The notes under the pieces are model-generated. The model saw only the letters and a list, made by a program, of their open reading frames with translations, ran no database searches and was not told the origin of the DNA. A stretch of 63,947 nt of DNA, the filler included, from Octopus bimaculoides (taxonomy: Eukaryota), in assembly GCF_001194135.2 (NCBI RefSeq). It is 7 parts of 6 records of this genome, joined end to end, with 100 filler letters (N's around TTAATTAATTAA, not from the genome) between each part and the next. Parts side by side here need not be neighbours in the genome. Positions count along the whole stretch, not along the records: positions 1 to 15,842 come from NC_068985.1; 6 more parts are not named here. One strand, 5' to 3'. Positions 1 to 13,050 of the stretch are shown piece by piece. Made by a program: the position numbers and the translations under genes. The number at the start of each line of letters is the position of its first letter. The stretch's first letter is position 1.

Positions 1-230
<230 letters not shown>

Positions 231-794
231 TTATCCGTACACACATATAGTCACTCGGGTACACGCATTTATAGTGCGCACAAAGATGCAACAATTTAAT
301 GTGATGAAAATTATAAAATGAGAAACTGTCAGTGTTGCGTTGACGAAGAATAGAACAGATGAAATGCTGAGAATATGCAAAACGATTTTATGCAATATGC
401 ACATTTCTTAATGCGCACTGTTCATAAACATATGCATGCATAAATACCCAACTGCTTACATGCAAACAGCACGCGCGCACACTCACACACATACGCATGC
501 ACATACAGACATATATAAGGGATAAATAAATGTACACATATATACATATGCATACATTAGCGAGGAATAGTTTAGAATCGTTTCTTCACAAAACACTAAG
601 AAATGTTAAAATGTATTTATGTATTTAACCAAATTATATTTAGTTTATGATATCCTGCGCCATTTGTTAAGTAAATACGAACACAGAAACTACTAACTAT
701 TGGAGTGGGTATAATTTGTGTCTTTAAGTCTATGTTTATTTAGAACAAAATTGTTTATTTAGAATTTGTTTCTGGTGATTAAGTTTCAGTTATA

Positions 795-898
795 CATACA
801 TACAAACATACATACATACATACATATATATATATATATACACATACATACATACATATATACATACTACATACATACATACATACATNNNNNNNNNN

Positions 899-954
<56 letters not shown>

Positions 955-955
955 G
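795..955. repeat. (CATA)n/(TA)n microsatellite spanning a 10-N gap (889-898)
   Basis: Read directly from the sequence. Confidence 0.95.
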
Positions 956-1175
956 TGTTTGTCTATATATAAGTGTGTCTATATACATATATACATATAC
1001 ATGGCAAAGAAGTAATGTATCTCAGTCTCGCTCCATCTACCCAACATTAGAATTCAAATAGCCAGAAAGTAATAAATATTCTAAAAGCAACACATACATA
1101 CATACATACATACATACATACATACATACATACATACACAGTTATATGCATACGGACATATATATACATACATGA

Positions 1176-1206
<31 letters not shown>

Positions 1207-1207
1207 T

Positions 1208-2050
1208 AGCTGTCATTCAATGGGCAGTAAAGAACAATATGCTGTTGAACGAGGATAAATTGGAGTTTGATACTCTGAAACTCCCATACTCCCTCCCTTT
1301 GGATGAAACTCACGTGGAATCAAACAACATCAGAGACCTAGGAGGAATTGTGGACAACATAATAAGCTGGGTCGCTCATATAAACAGCAAAGTTGACATG
1401 ACCCAAAGATTATGTTCCTGGATACTCAGAGCTTTCCAGGCGAGAGATATCAACACTGTTTTGCTCTTGTCCATTTTCGCCCGACCCCACTGTGGTCTCC
1501 CCACACAAAACAAAGTATTATGAAAGGGGAAGCACCTCAAAGGTCAATTACAAAATAAAAGGTAGATGGCATGACATGCTTTGACTATTGGGGTCAACTA
1601 GAAAAGCTCACTTTTTATTCTCACCAACATCATTAGCTACATCATTAGCATGATGTGGAAAATATTCCATCAGCATAACCTAAATGATGTTGGCATCACC
1701 TTTAAGGTACACACAAGGTATTGGCCCTGTGCTATCCGCCCACAAGGTAAGTCACACTCGCATCTCATAACGATACGGCATGATTATTTCACTTCAATTG
1801 GTCCCGCTCTCTTTGACATTACACCGAAACACATTAAAGCAGAAACAAACCCCATAAAGTTCAAGAAGTCTTTGGACAAATTCCTTCAAGAAATCCCAAA
1901 TAAACCTCCTACACCCGGATATACCTTGGTAAACAATAGCTCTCTACTCGAGTGGGCCATGCTGCCCGAATCCTGATTTAAATGACTTCACCAGATGGTG
2001 CTATTAAGTTAGACATGGTCTAGATCAATACTGGCCAAAACCTACCAAAG
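1208..2050 (+). mobile_element. CR1-type LINE, 5'-truncated, degraded 3' part of ORF2
   Basis: Post-RT motifs QWAVKNNMLLNEDK, IRDLGGIVDN and WILRAFQARD (1182-1523), then the C-terminus FKKSLDKFLQEIPNKPPTPGY..NSSLLEW (1650-1976), a short 3'UTR and a (TATC)n tail. Frameshifted. Confidence 0.85.
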
Positions 2051-2068
2051 TATCTATCTATCTATCTG

Positions 2069-2148
<80 letters not shown>
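2051..2148 (+). repeat. (TATC)n tract, probable 3' tail of the preceding LINE
   Basis: About 24 TATC units starting ~75 bp after the ORF2 stop codon. Confidence 0.9.
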
Positions 2149-4985
2149 CCATAATTCACGGAAGTTCCTAACTATCGAGAACAGTAGACAGCGCAACCTT
2201 CCACAATTCTACAAGTCATTGCAGACCAGACAACCGTACCACTCTACGGACTACCACACCAAAATCCACCGATGGCAAGCACTCCCCACCTCAAGCAACA
2301 AACTATATTCCACTCCGCTACGGTCCACCGCAGTCCACCGATATCCAATCCTCCAGACCATAGCACAGTAAACGAGAAACCATCACATTCGGCCACAATG
2401 AGCTGCTCTCTTTTTACGTTACAGTCCACAGACCACGAATGGGGCTTTCAACAAACCATTCTACACTACGGTCTACTCGTGCACAGTCTTTCATTCTAAA
2501 AGCCCTCACTGTCTTCCACTTGCACCACATCAAACTAAACCACATAGGACCATATTAAACCACATCATATATCACAAAATCACAACCTCAACATCAAAGT
2601 CACCAGAATTTAAGACAAACCACAATTCTAAATGCACTCAGCTCAACATACTGTAGTCCTCCATGCTACCGTCCTTCATTGCCCACCATGTTTCACCAAA
2701 TTCTCCAACATATTCCACTATATTTAACTTATCCACACAGTTCTCTATAGTTTCACACAATTCCTACCTAACAACAATGTCCACCAGGCTCTACCACACC
2801 ACACCAGACCACCCACTGTCCACAACAGGGCATCACTGTTCCCACAGCACTCACTATTCTCGTCAGTACCCACTGTCCTCTATAGTACACACTGACCACC
2901 ACAGTGCACCAGCTGTTTCCTGCATCAACCAAACTGTCCACCATGGTGCACCACTATTCCCCCAAAGGATCCACTGTCGCACACAGCACCTACTGTTCCC
3001 TAATGACTCCATGTCCCTCATGTTACCCACAGCATGTTACTGTCAACCACAGTACCCTACTGTCCTCACTGCACGTCCACCACGGTAACCAATGTCCACT
3101 ACAGAACTCACTGCCAACCACATTCCACCACTGTCCACCACAATACCCACTCTCCCTCAAAGCACACACCATCCCCACTCATTCCACCCATTGCCCCTTG
3201 CTGGACCCCACTGACCCCTAATGGACCTCACTGTCCCCTATTGCACCCATTGTCCCCCACAGCACCCACTGTCCTCCACAGTTTACTAGTCCACCACATT
3301 AAGTATCTGTCCACCACTGTTCAAGAGAGTGTATCATATCACTCCACTCCCTTACACACTACACCACCAAACCCTCAAATCCTCCGCTGTCTCACGCAGA
3401 ACCTACTGTTCCATAATGACATCATTCTCCTTACAGCACGTTCACCACATTGCACTACTGACCACCTCAGTACTCACTGTCCGCTACATTCTACCATTGT
3501 CCACCAGAGCAGCATCCCACGGTCCACTACATATACCGCTTTTCCCTACAACACCCATTGCCCCTCAAAACACTCACCAACCCTACTGCAACCCATTGTC
3601 CCCTCTGGATCACATTGTCCTTGTTCAACCCATTGTCCTGTAATGGACCTCATTGTCCCCTTTGTCGCCTACTGTCCCCATTGTCGCCTACACTCCCCAT
3701 TTTCACCTACTGTCCCCATTGTTGCTTACTGTCCTTATTATCACCTACTGTCTCCTACTGCCTCCACTGACCCGCTCAGCACCCATTGTCCATCACAGTT
3801 TACCAGTCTGTCACATTAACTAACTGCCAACCACTGTCCACAGCTATTTACCTCAGCACTCCACAAATCGCACACTCCCTCAAAGCACCCATCGCCCCTA
3901 TACAACCCATTTTCCCCAGTTGTACCTTTTGTCCCGCACAGAACCCACGGCTCCCACTGTACTCCACAACACCCATTGCCCACCACATTTCACCAGTCTG
4001 CCACATCAGCCTAGAGTCCACCGGCGTCTACTACTCTTTATCACATCATGTCGCTCTCCAACACAGTCTACCAATATTCCACACAACACGTTCACCAAGG
4101 CGCACCATTGTCGACCACAATATTATGCCCGCCCCACAGTATCCCATTACACATCATATTGCACAACTGCCCAGCTTCATCATCACTGTCCGCCACAGTG
4201 AACCATTGTCTACAAGAGCAGCATCCCATGATCCACCGCATTTCACAAGTCTTCCAGACCACCCACTATTTCCCATGCCTCCACTGTGTCCCATTATCCC
4301 CATTGCACTCCACTATTCCTCATAGCACCCACTGTCCCCTACAGCACCCACAACTCCCCACATCACCCATTATCCCCCAGTGCACCCACTGTCTTGCACT
4401 GTAAGCCACTGTCTCTCACTCTCTCTACCTATCTCCCACTATTCTTCATAGCACTCACTGTCCCCTACAGCACTCACTATCCACTTAGGCACCCACAGTC
4501 TCACACTGTCCCCCACTGTCCTCCATTTTACTACACTATTCTTCATAGCGCCCAGTGTGCACCTACAGCACTCACTTTTCCCCTCCCTACAGCACCCACT
4601 GTCTCCCATTATAAGCCACTATCCCCCACTGTCTCCCATAGTCCTCCACTGTCCCCAACCTTCCCCCATTGCAGCCCACTATTCCCCACTGCATCCCACT
4701 GACCTCACAGCCCCCTTCCGTCGACCACAGAACCCATTGTCCACCAGAACAGCACTCTGTTGTCCACCACTATGCACTTCTGACCCAATAGTATCCCACT
4801 ATTGATAACAGTGCACCACACTGTGCACCTTAATGCAAAATCGTTCCTCACAGAATCCCCTGTGCGTCATATGCAGTACTTTTTACAAGAGAAGCATCCT
4901 ACTGTCCACCACATTTCCCTTTTATCCCATTGTCCGCCATAGCACTTTACTCTCTCCAGAACACTCCACAATCCATCATATTGAA

Positions 4986-5232
4986 CCACTGTGCACCTTT
5001 GCCCCCGCTGTGGACTTTTGAACCTATTGTGTACTTTTGGCTCCAATGTGCACCGTTAGCTCCACCGTACATCTTTGGCCCCACTGTCCACCTTAGGCCC
5101 CACTAACCACCTTTGACCTCACTATCCACCTTTGGCCTCACTGTCCACATTTGGCCTAGCTGTCCACATTTGGCCTAACTGTTCACCTTTGGCCTCACTG
5201 TCCACATTTGGCCTCACTGTCCACCCCTGCAG
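4986..5232 (+). repeat. 19-bp minisatellite, 13 units, consensus ~TCACTGTCCACMTTTGGCC
   Basis: Units start at 4986, 5005, 5024, 5043, 5062, 5081, 5100, 5119, 5138, 5157, 5176, 5195 and 5214, an exact 19-bp phase with no indels. Confidence 0.93.
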
Positions 5233-7092
5233 CATCCAATAGTCAACCATATCTCACCACTGTCCTCTGCAGCACCAGTACCCCACAGAGCACCCACTGA
5301 CCCGCACGCCCCCACTGCCTTCCACTGTACGCCACAGTCTCCTACTGCATCCCACTGCTCCCCGCTGTTACTCCACTGCGTCTCACTGTCCCCACAGCGC
5401 TCACTGTCGATCACAGAACCTACTATCCACCAGAACAGCACTCCACTGGCCACCACAATTCACCTCTGGCCACCACAATTCACCTCTGGCCCCACAGCAT
5501 TTTCTGCCTATCAGTGATTTAGTGTCACACATAGTATCCCACTGTATATCATAATTCGCAACTGTCCCCCACAGCACTCACTGTCCTCCATTGCACCACT
5601 GTCCCCAACAGCACACCCTGTCCACCATATTTTATATCTAACACAGCATCCACAGTTCAACACAATAACTCCTGTCCACCACATTGCACTCCTGTTCAGA
5701 AGAGCAGCATCCCATTATCCACCCTACAACCCTACACACAATGCACTATACTATAATCTACCACAGCACAAGACACCATATGATGGTTTACTAAACCATT
5801 ATCAACCACACTGTGTCTCACCACAGTTCTCTACAGTCTATTTCTCTACAGTGTACAAAATATCCATCACAGTTCCAACACACCAGGCTCCACAACAATC
5901 TACCATACTCAAACAAACGAAATTTAGCGCCACTTGACCTCATCAGCACAGTTCTTTCCACCATAGTTAAACACCGGAGTTTATTAAAGTCAATGAACGT
6001 ACAATGAACAATGTTCTCCATTACCACTGACCAACCTACCACTGTTCACAAGAGTTTCCAACAACAGCTCACAAAACTACTGACCGCCAGAGTCGATCAT
6101 ACCGCAGTCCAGTATAGTTCATCTCACACAATCAGCTAATGTCCACTATACCACATCTCACCACGTTCTATACCAACACTGCAAATCACAAAATTCAACC
6201 AACTCACTGTCCACTGCAGTGCCTCCTCTGTCCACAAGAGCACTCTCTAACAAAATTTCCTATCCCCATTCACTAAAGTTTATCACCGTCTACCCAAGTC
6301 CACCTAAATCCACTACAGTCCATCACAATACATTACAGTCTTTCCCAGTCAAGGCTACCACAGTCAACGACAATCTGCTATACGGATGTCCAACACATCG
6401 CTTACACCAGTCTAAGACAACGCCGCATTCAAAATACTGTTCACTATACCAGATTCCAGCAACATACAGTCCATTACTAACTAAAACTGCACCATACTAC
6501 GTTTCGCTATACCACAGAACGGCACATTTTATAAAATCAGAGTCTACATCATTCCACTATAGGCCACCACACTGTAGTAAACCGCATCACTCTCCACTGT
6601 AGACGGCCCTATCAATACACCGACGTTCACTACACCACAAACTACTACAAACAACCTCAGTCTCCAACAGCACGATACACAGAATTCCTCCAGAATCTCC
6701 ACCACATCCAAAACACAGCCCTTGTCCTCACCTCATCCCACAACATTCTATGCATATATTATATAATTTATCGCAATAGAGTGTACCACAGCCTACCACA
6801 TCACAAACCAGCATACGAAAGTCTATATACCGCAGGTCACAAAATCTACACAAGTTCTTCACACTGCATCAAGTGTTTAACATCATTAAATTTCATTACA
6901 CAATAGCATACAATAGTCTGTCACGTTACATTACAGTCTAACACGAAGTACTAAATACAGCAGTCCGCAACACCACATTCCTCAACTCTACGCATCACCA
7001 CCTTCGCTCTCTACTGCATCTCAGTCTTTCTCAACACGTAGCACCGCGCCACACAAAACCATATCTCACTCTACCACGCCACCTAATAATAC

Positions 7093-7285
7093 CGGTTTCA
7101 AAATTTGGCATATGGGTAGCAAATTCAAGGGACGGGTAAGTTGATTACATCAACCCCATTTTATGGCTGGTATTTATTTTATCGACTCCGAAAGGATAAC
7201 GAGTAAGTCGACCTCGGCGAAATTTGAACTCAGAACGTAAAGACAGACGAAATGCTGCTAAGTATTTTTCCGACGTACTTACGCC
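7093..7285 (-). mobile_element. tRNA-derived SINE, family B
   Basis: The reverse complement matches the other copies (..cgttctgagttcaaatttcgccgaggtcgac..gtcgataaaataaatacc..ggggttgatgtaatcaac..), e.g. 14040, 46893, 52505. Confidence 0.85.
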
Positions 7286-7610
7286 TTAATCGCAAAATAA
7301 CACCACACTATTCCACCCTACTCCATCACACCACATTCTAATAAACCCTACACTGCCATACCACATGACTACATAGACCTATACTACAGTCCTGCACAGC
7401 ACAGTTCACCAAGCACCAACTATCACATAACACTCTACCACATTTTACGATATCCCCAACACACCAAATTGCACCGCCGTTCCAAAGAACACAGTTTCAC
7501 AAATGTCCAGCAGGGAGCATTGCACTGCATTAGACCACACCAGTACTCAATATTTGTACAACTTTAGAGTCTATTGCTCAAGTAGAGAAAGACAACAGAG
7601 TAACGCCATT

Positions 7611-8200
7611 TGTAGTACCATGTGGTGGACTACGGTCTGATAGAGCAGCGTCGACAGTGACCTTTTGCTGACATGCCGGTTCGCGGGCTGTGAAGAATAC
7701 TCGTTTGTGGACTATGATGGACAATGATTGATTGTGCTGGGCAAACGAGAACTATGCTTTGGTGGACGATAGTGGTATTTGTAAATTGAGGTGGGTTTTG
7801 TTGAAGTAGACACTGTTGGACTGTCACTCACTGAACAATCGAGGTTTGCGGTTGTAGTGCGGCGCATTGTGGTGAAATAATGGAGGGTGTTGTGTTCGAA
7901 CGTAATGTGATAAACTGGTGTGGACAGTGATCGACTATCACATGGTGCAGTGAAAGGCTGTGTAGCAAATTACAGTGCGAAGTGATGTAAATGGATTGTG
8001 ACAGGTTAAAGTGGCGTGGTACGTTGTGTGATGATAATCATCACTGAGGAAGAATATCCTGGAGTTACACAGGATTTGTTGTTGAGTGAGATGTGCCATG
8101 TCGTAGCTCAATAGATTATGCAGAGCAATGTGTTTTGGTGGGATTCAGTGGAGTTTGGTGTTAAGAACTCTAGTGGACTATGATGTTGTGGAATGTGGTT
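7611..8200 (-). repeat. Inverted duplicate of 9470-10831, lacking the MITE and SINE insertions
   Basis: The reverse complement aligns collinearly with 9470-9590, 9858-9965 and 10466-10831. The base skew flips to G/T-rich here. Confidence 0.93.
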
Positions 8201-8287
8201 GAGAAAGTAAAATACGAGGGTGAAATATGGTATCTGAATTAATCAGGGGAAGTTAAGTTAAGAAAAGTTAAAAGTACTTATGAACCA

Positions 8288-8490
8288 GAGAAGGTGAAAA
8301 AATGAAAAGGGATGAAAAAAATGAAGGTGAAAAAATGAAAAGAGATGAAAAAAATGAAGGTGAAAAAATAAAAAGAGATGAAAAAGTGAAGGGAAAAAAT
8401 GAAAAGAGATGAAAAAATGAAGGTGAAAAAATGAAAAGAGATGAAAAAGTGAAGGGAAAAAAATCAAGAGATGAAAAAATGAAATGAAAA
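8288..8490 (+). repeat. 32-33 bp purine-rich minisatellite (GAAGGTGAAAAAATGAAAAGAGATGAAAAAAAT), ~6 units
   Basis: Read directly from the sequence. Confidence 0.9.
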
Positions 8491-9592
8491 TAGACTACAC
8501 AAACTTCCCAGCAGTGCAACATAACACACTCCATCATACTGTTGTCTACTGCATTACGTACTCTAAACAGCCCATCACAGTTACTACACATTCTGCACTG
8601 CCTCGTATTGTCCAGTACTTTTGATCACAAAATTATCCCCTACATCCAGCATACCACATCTTTGTCATCCTCTCCTATAATTTCCCACATACGACCATTC
8701 TATTTTATAACTCTACAGTCCACCATCGTTTTCACAGTGATATTCCACGATTGTTCTTAACACTGCAGTCTACCGCTGCCCTCCAGAACATAGTACACCA
8801 TGTCAGAGACTATTACAGTCCATCAACCCATGGTGGAGGACACCATATTCAACCTCAACAGACATCAGCATTTCACACACAACTACACCATTCTCAATTA
8901 CACCACAATCCATCATATAATCGCTCACGAACACGCTGCACCAGTCACCACATTACACCACAACTCAGTACAACGCACCATGGTTCAGTACATGATAGTT
9001 ACCCCATTATCTCAACATAAAGTACAGTTTATCAACCCACTTCATTACAGTCAGCCACATCTCAATCGACCTTAATCTATTACAGCCCACATTTGACCCC
9101 ACATTTCACCGTTGTTCACTACAGTCCATCAGAATGTACCGCACCACAGTCGTTCAAAATGTCCTACACCATAGCCCACCACAAACTATCTTACTGCTGT
9201 CGTCCATAGTCCAATATTGTCCAGAACAATTTACCACCATCCCACCAGAGTCTACCTCACTAAAGTCCACCACTGTCGACCTCAGGCCACCAAGTACTAT
9301 CTAAAACAGTCTACCAAAGTTTCTATAGTTCTCATCGTCCACTATAATCCACTACATTTGAATATATCTCCATCAGTCCATCACAGTCTACCATTCCATA
9401 CCATATCCTTATCACCGTATACCCCAGCCTACCTTTACACATCCCAGTATATACATTATATCTATACAGTTTCACCACATTCCACAACATCATAGCCCAC
9501 TAGAGTTCTAACACCAAACTCCACTGAATCCCAACAAAACACACTGCATAATCTATTAAGCTACGACAAGGCACATCTGACTCAACAACATA

Positions 9593-9855
9593 CAGGGTGT
9601 TCAAAAGGTCTCTCCGCAGTGAATTTTATTTTCATCCTAACTCTTCAAGAGTCAGACTCGCCAAGATGAATTTCAAAACATGTGTAGAAAAGTCAACTTT
9701 TGTATTGAAAATAAAGGACAACACTTTCAACACCTCTGATAAACATTATTAAAGTCTTGTAAAGTCTAATATATTCTTTTGTAGTCTTATACCATCTTAT
9801 AAATATTTATTTTGCAATAAAATACTTACTGCTGAGAGACTTTCTGAACACCCTC
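9593..9855. mobile_element. Tc1/mariner-type MITE (263 bp)
   Basis: Imperfect ~28-bp TIRs (CAGGGTGTTCAAAAGGTCTCTCCGCAGT versus reverse complement GAGGGTGTTCAGAAAAGTCTCTCAGCAGT), TA on both sides (9591-92, 9856-57), AT-rich non-coding interior. Absent from the paralogous arm at ~8070. Confidence 0.9.
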
Positions 9856-9965
9856 TATATCGTGTAACTCAAGGATATTGTTTATCAGTCTACCACAGTG
9901 ATGATTGTCATCACACAGCGTACCACGCGACTTTAACCTGTCACAATCCATTTACATCTCTTCAC

Positions 9966-10453
9966 GGTGGAGGCGCAATGGCCCAGTGGTTAGAGCAGTG
10001 GACTCGCGATCGTAGGATCGCAGTTTCGATTACCAGACCGGGCGTTGTGTTTATTGAGCGAAAATACCTAAAAGCTCCACGACGCTCCGGCAGGGGCTGG
10101 TGGCGAACCCTGCTGTACTCTTTCACCACAACTTTCTCTCACTCTTTCCCTGTTTCTGTTGTACCTGTATTTCAAAGGGCCAGCCTTGTCACACTCTGTG
10201 TCACGCTGAATCTCCCCGAGAATTACGTTAAGGGTACACGTGTNNNNNNNNNNCTCTTTCCCTGTTTCTGTTGTACCTGTATTTCAAAGGGCCAGCCTTG
10301 TCACACTCTGTGTCACGCTGAATCTCCCCGAGAATTACGTTAAGGGTACACGTGTCTGTGGAGTGTTCAGCCACTTGCATGTTAATTTCACGAGCAGGCT
10401 GTTCCGTTGATTGGATCAACTGGAACCTTCGTCGTCGTAACCGACGGAGTACC
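9966..10453 (+). mobile_element. tRNA-derived SINE, family D, full length
   Basis: A-box TGGCCCAGTGG and B-box-like GTTTCGATTAC. Collinear with 53733-54123. 12-bp TSD acatctcttcac/acatttcttcgc (9954-65, 10454-65). Contains an artefactual 102-bp duplication around the 10-N gap. Confidence 0.92.
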
Positions 10454-12855
10454 ACATTTCTTCGCACTGTAATTTGCTACACAACATTTCACCGCCTCGT
10501 GTGATAGTCAATCACTGTCCACACCAGTTTACCACATTACGTTCGAACACAACACCCTCCATTATTTCACTACAATGCACCGCACTACAACCGCAAACCT
10601 CGATTGTTCAGCAAGTGGCAGTCCATCACTGTCTACTTGAACAAAACCCAACTCAATTTCCAAATACAAATATCGTTCACCAAAGCATAATCCACGATTG
10701 CCCAGCACAATCCACCATTGTCCATCATAGTCCACAAACAAATGTCCTTCACAGCCCGAGACCCTGCTTTTCAACACAAGATCACTGTTGTCGCTGCTCT
10801 ATCAGTCCGCTGTCCACCCCATGGTACTACACTCAACCTACCGCAGCCTTTCATAGTCCTTTATATCCCATACTAGTACACCTCGTCCCACCAGAGTATA
10901 ACACATTTCGGCCATACCAAAACCCATCATTTTCTAATATACCTGATATCAGTCTTTGACATCACACTGCATAATCTACCGCATTGGTCCACACCACACC
11001 GCACCACAACATATGATACCACAGTCAACTGCAACGTGGACCAAAGAAGTGAACCACAAGACATTCTAATACAGTCCTCCAAACGTCAATCCTTTACATC
11101 TACAACATTTAGTACGTCACAACCTAACACACAGTGCCCCACTTTCCATCACATATATGCTGTATAACACTGGACTATACCTCACTTCATCTCTCTAGAT
11201 ACTGCCACTCCATAGAGCACCAGTCTATCAGAATCTACCACTTCACATTTCAACACTTCGCAGTCCATCACTGTGCAACACAACACACAACAGCCCAATC
11301 ACAGTCTACCTGTCTACCAGAATCCACCACGCTACAGTCTGCCTCACTACTTCCACCACATCTCAGCAGAACAGTTTCCACCACCCTACAAACCACTACA
11401 CTATGGTCTACCACACTGCAGTCTACTACAGTCCATTACTGTCCATCATCCACCAGTCCACCAGTCTCCCACAATCAACTATAACCCATCGTGGTTCACA
11501 TCTACATTACCGTCTACCACAATCTACCATAGCCTTGTCTACCACACCCCACTTCTCTACAATCTACCACAGTCCACTACAATCCTCCAGAACACAGTGC
11601 ATCATACTACATCACACCACTCATTACAACACAGTCTTTCACATTCCAGAGCAGCAATGTTCACCACAATCCAACAATATTCTCTACAATCCAGTCTACC
11701 ATAACACACTTATTGAAACATTTCCTCCGAATTCTATCTCACCACCCTCTAGTTTTTCCCTTCCATTACACAACATCCCACTATATTCCACCATGCCACA
11801 CTCTAACGCATCTCTTATCGCTATAGCACAGTCAATCACACTATCTCCACCCCAGCAATACCCGGGCACCATATTCTGATAGTCACCCCATACTCGACGA
11901 AGTTCTTGAAACACAGTCTAACATAGTCTTAAACAGTTTACCATAGGCAATCCAGAACAACGCGAGTCACAAAAGCTCAACGTATTCTCTATGCTCTGTC
12001 ATTGTCCACCTCAAAGTCCTACCCCGACCACCACAACGTTTCATTATACTACACCACTCCACACATTATACTACTCCATCTCATAAACCCCCACACCATC
12101 GCTTTACAAAGGATCGCATTCCATTGGGAACAACCGGACTTGCTAGAAATATCAGTTAAATCTCTCTCAATACCCTACATTCTTTGACAAAAATTAAAAA
12201 CAAAACAAAGCAAACAGAAAATGGTGGTCGCTTTATTTGGGAAAATAATATGACGGCTGGTGTTATTATGAACGTTGGTGTTCTTTATTTGATTTTAACT
12301 AAGACTAAAGTACAACAAAAATAACCACCACCACCACCACCACATAAACAACATAGCAGAAGCAGTAATATAAACAGCAAACAATGTCAAACACCACCAA
12401 CACTGTCACAACCACCGTTCATAAATCTCTAATACGTGGCGGACGGGTATTTGTTCCACGGAGACAGAGCTAGACGGAAGGCAGATTTGAAACCATCAAA
12501 CTGTCTACAGGCCTCCCCTGTATCTCTCACTGCCTTCTTCCCTTAGTCAGTTCAATTGTTTCACTTAGCAACAGCTTTACTTCATTGATTTTATTACTGT
12601 ATATCAATCGCCTACACATGAACGAAATTTCGTAGCGGCCGACACTCCTCCCTAGCCCACTCTTCACTTATAAAATCCACTCTTTATGAACGAATCATCT
12701 TCCTCCTTTAAATTATCTCATACACATATGGCCCTTTCTAGAATGTTCTCAAAAATTGTTATTTTGACATAGTGCATATCTACAAATTTAGAAACTAACT
12801 GCGCAAAATGTTCGTCTTAGAGTTTCATTGGGTCGGTGTATTTTTTGGTCCTGAT

Positions 12856-12860
<5 letters not shown>

Positions 12861-12897
<37 letters not shown>

Positions 12898-12986
12898 ACA
12901 CAAATATATATGTATGTGTATGTGCGTGCGTGTGTACGCTTGAGCATGATATGTTTATATATGTGAGCATGTATGCATCTGTCTAT

Positions 12987-13050
<64 letters not shown>

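Larger units (their letters stand above)
2150..12120 (+). repeat. ~10 kb degenerate C/A-rich, G-poor satellite-like domain (CCACTGTCC/CCACAG motifs), interrupted by TEs
   Basis: Continuous recurrence of ccactgtcc, ccacag and caccac at ~10/20-bp spacing. Landmark (A)GAGCAGCATCCCA-like blocks recur near 3505, 4215, 4890, 5700 and 6237. Confidence 0.85.

Noticed and set aside
2663-4805. Long overlapping His/Pro/Thr/Ser/Cys-rich ORFs (up to 261 aa; similar at 10474-11879)
   Set aside because: Several frames are open at once because G-poor, C-rich DNA rarely forms stop codons. The underlying periods (10/19/20 bp) are not multiples of three and there are no domain motifs.
4986-5232. CRISPR-like regular array
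   Set aside because: These are head-to-tail units with no unique spacers and no cas genes, in a eukaryotic context.
9966-10045. tRNA gene (also the heads at 40380-40453, 53733, 58753, 59967, 61677)
   Set aside because: A/B boxes are present but there is no complete cloverleaf or acceptor stem, and each continues into a SINE body and tail.
10142-10355. Exact 102-bp direct repeat inside the SINE
   Set aside because: The copies flank a 10-N gap and the paralogous SINE at 53733 has only one copy. These are overlapping contig ends. The same applies to the 10-N gaps at 889, 35494 and 42473.
12558-12572. RFX X-box-like GTTTCACTTAGCAAC
   Set aside because: Only one good half-site, no nearby gene start, and expected by chance in 64 kb.
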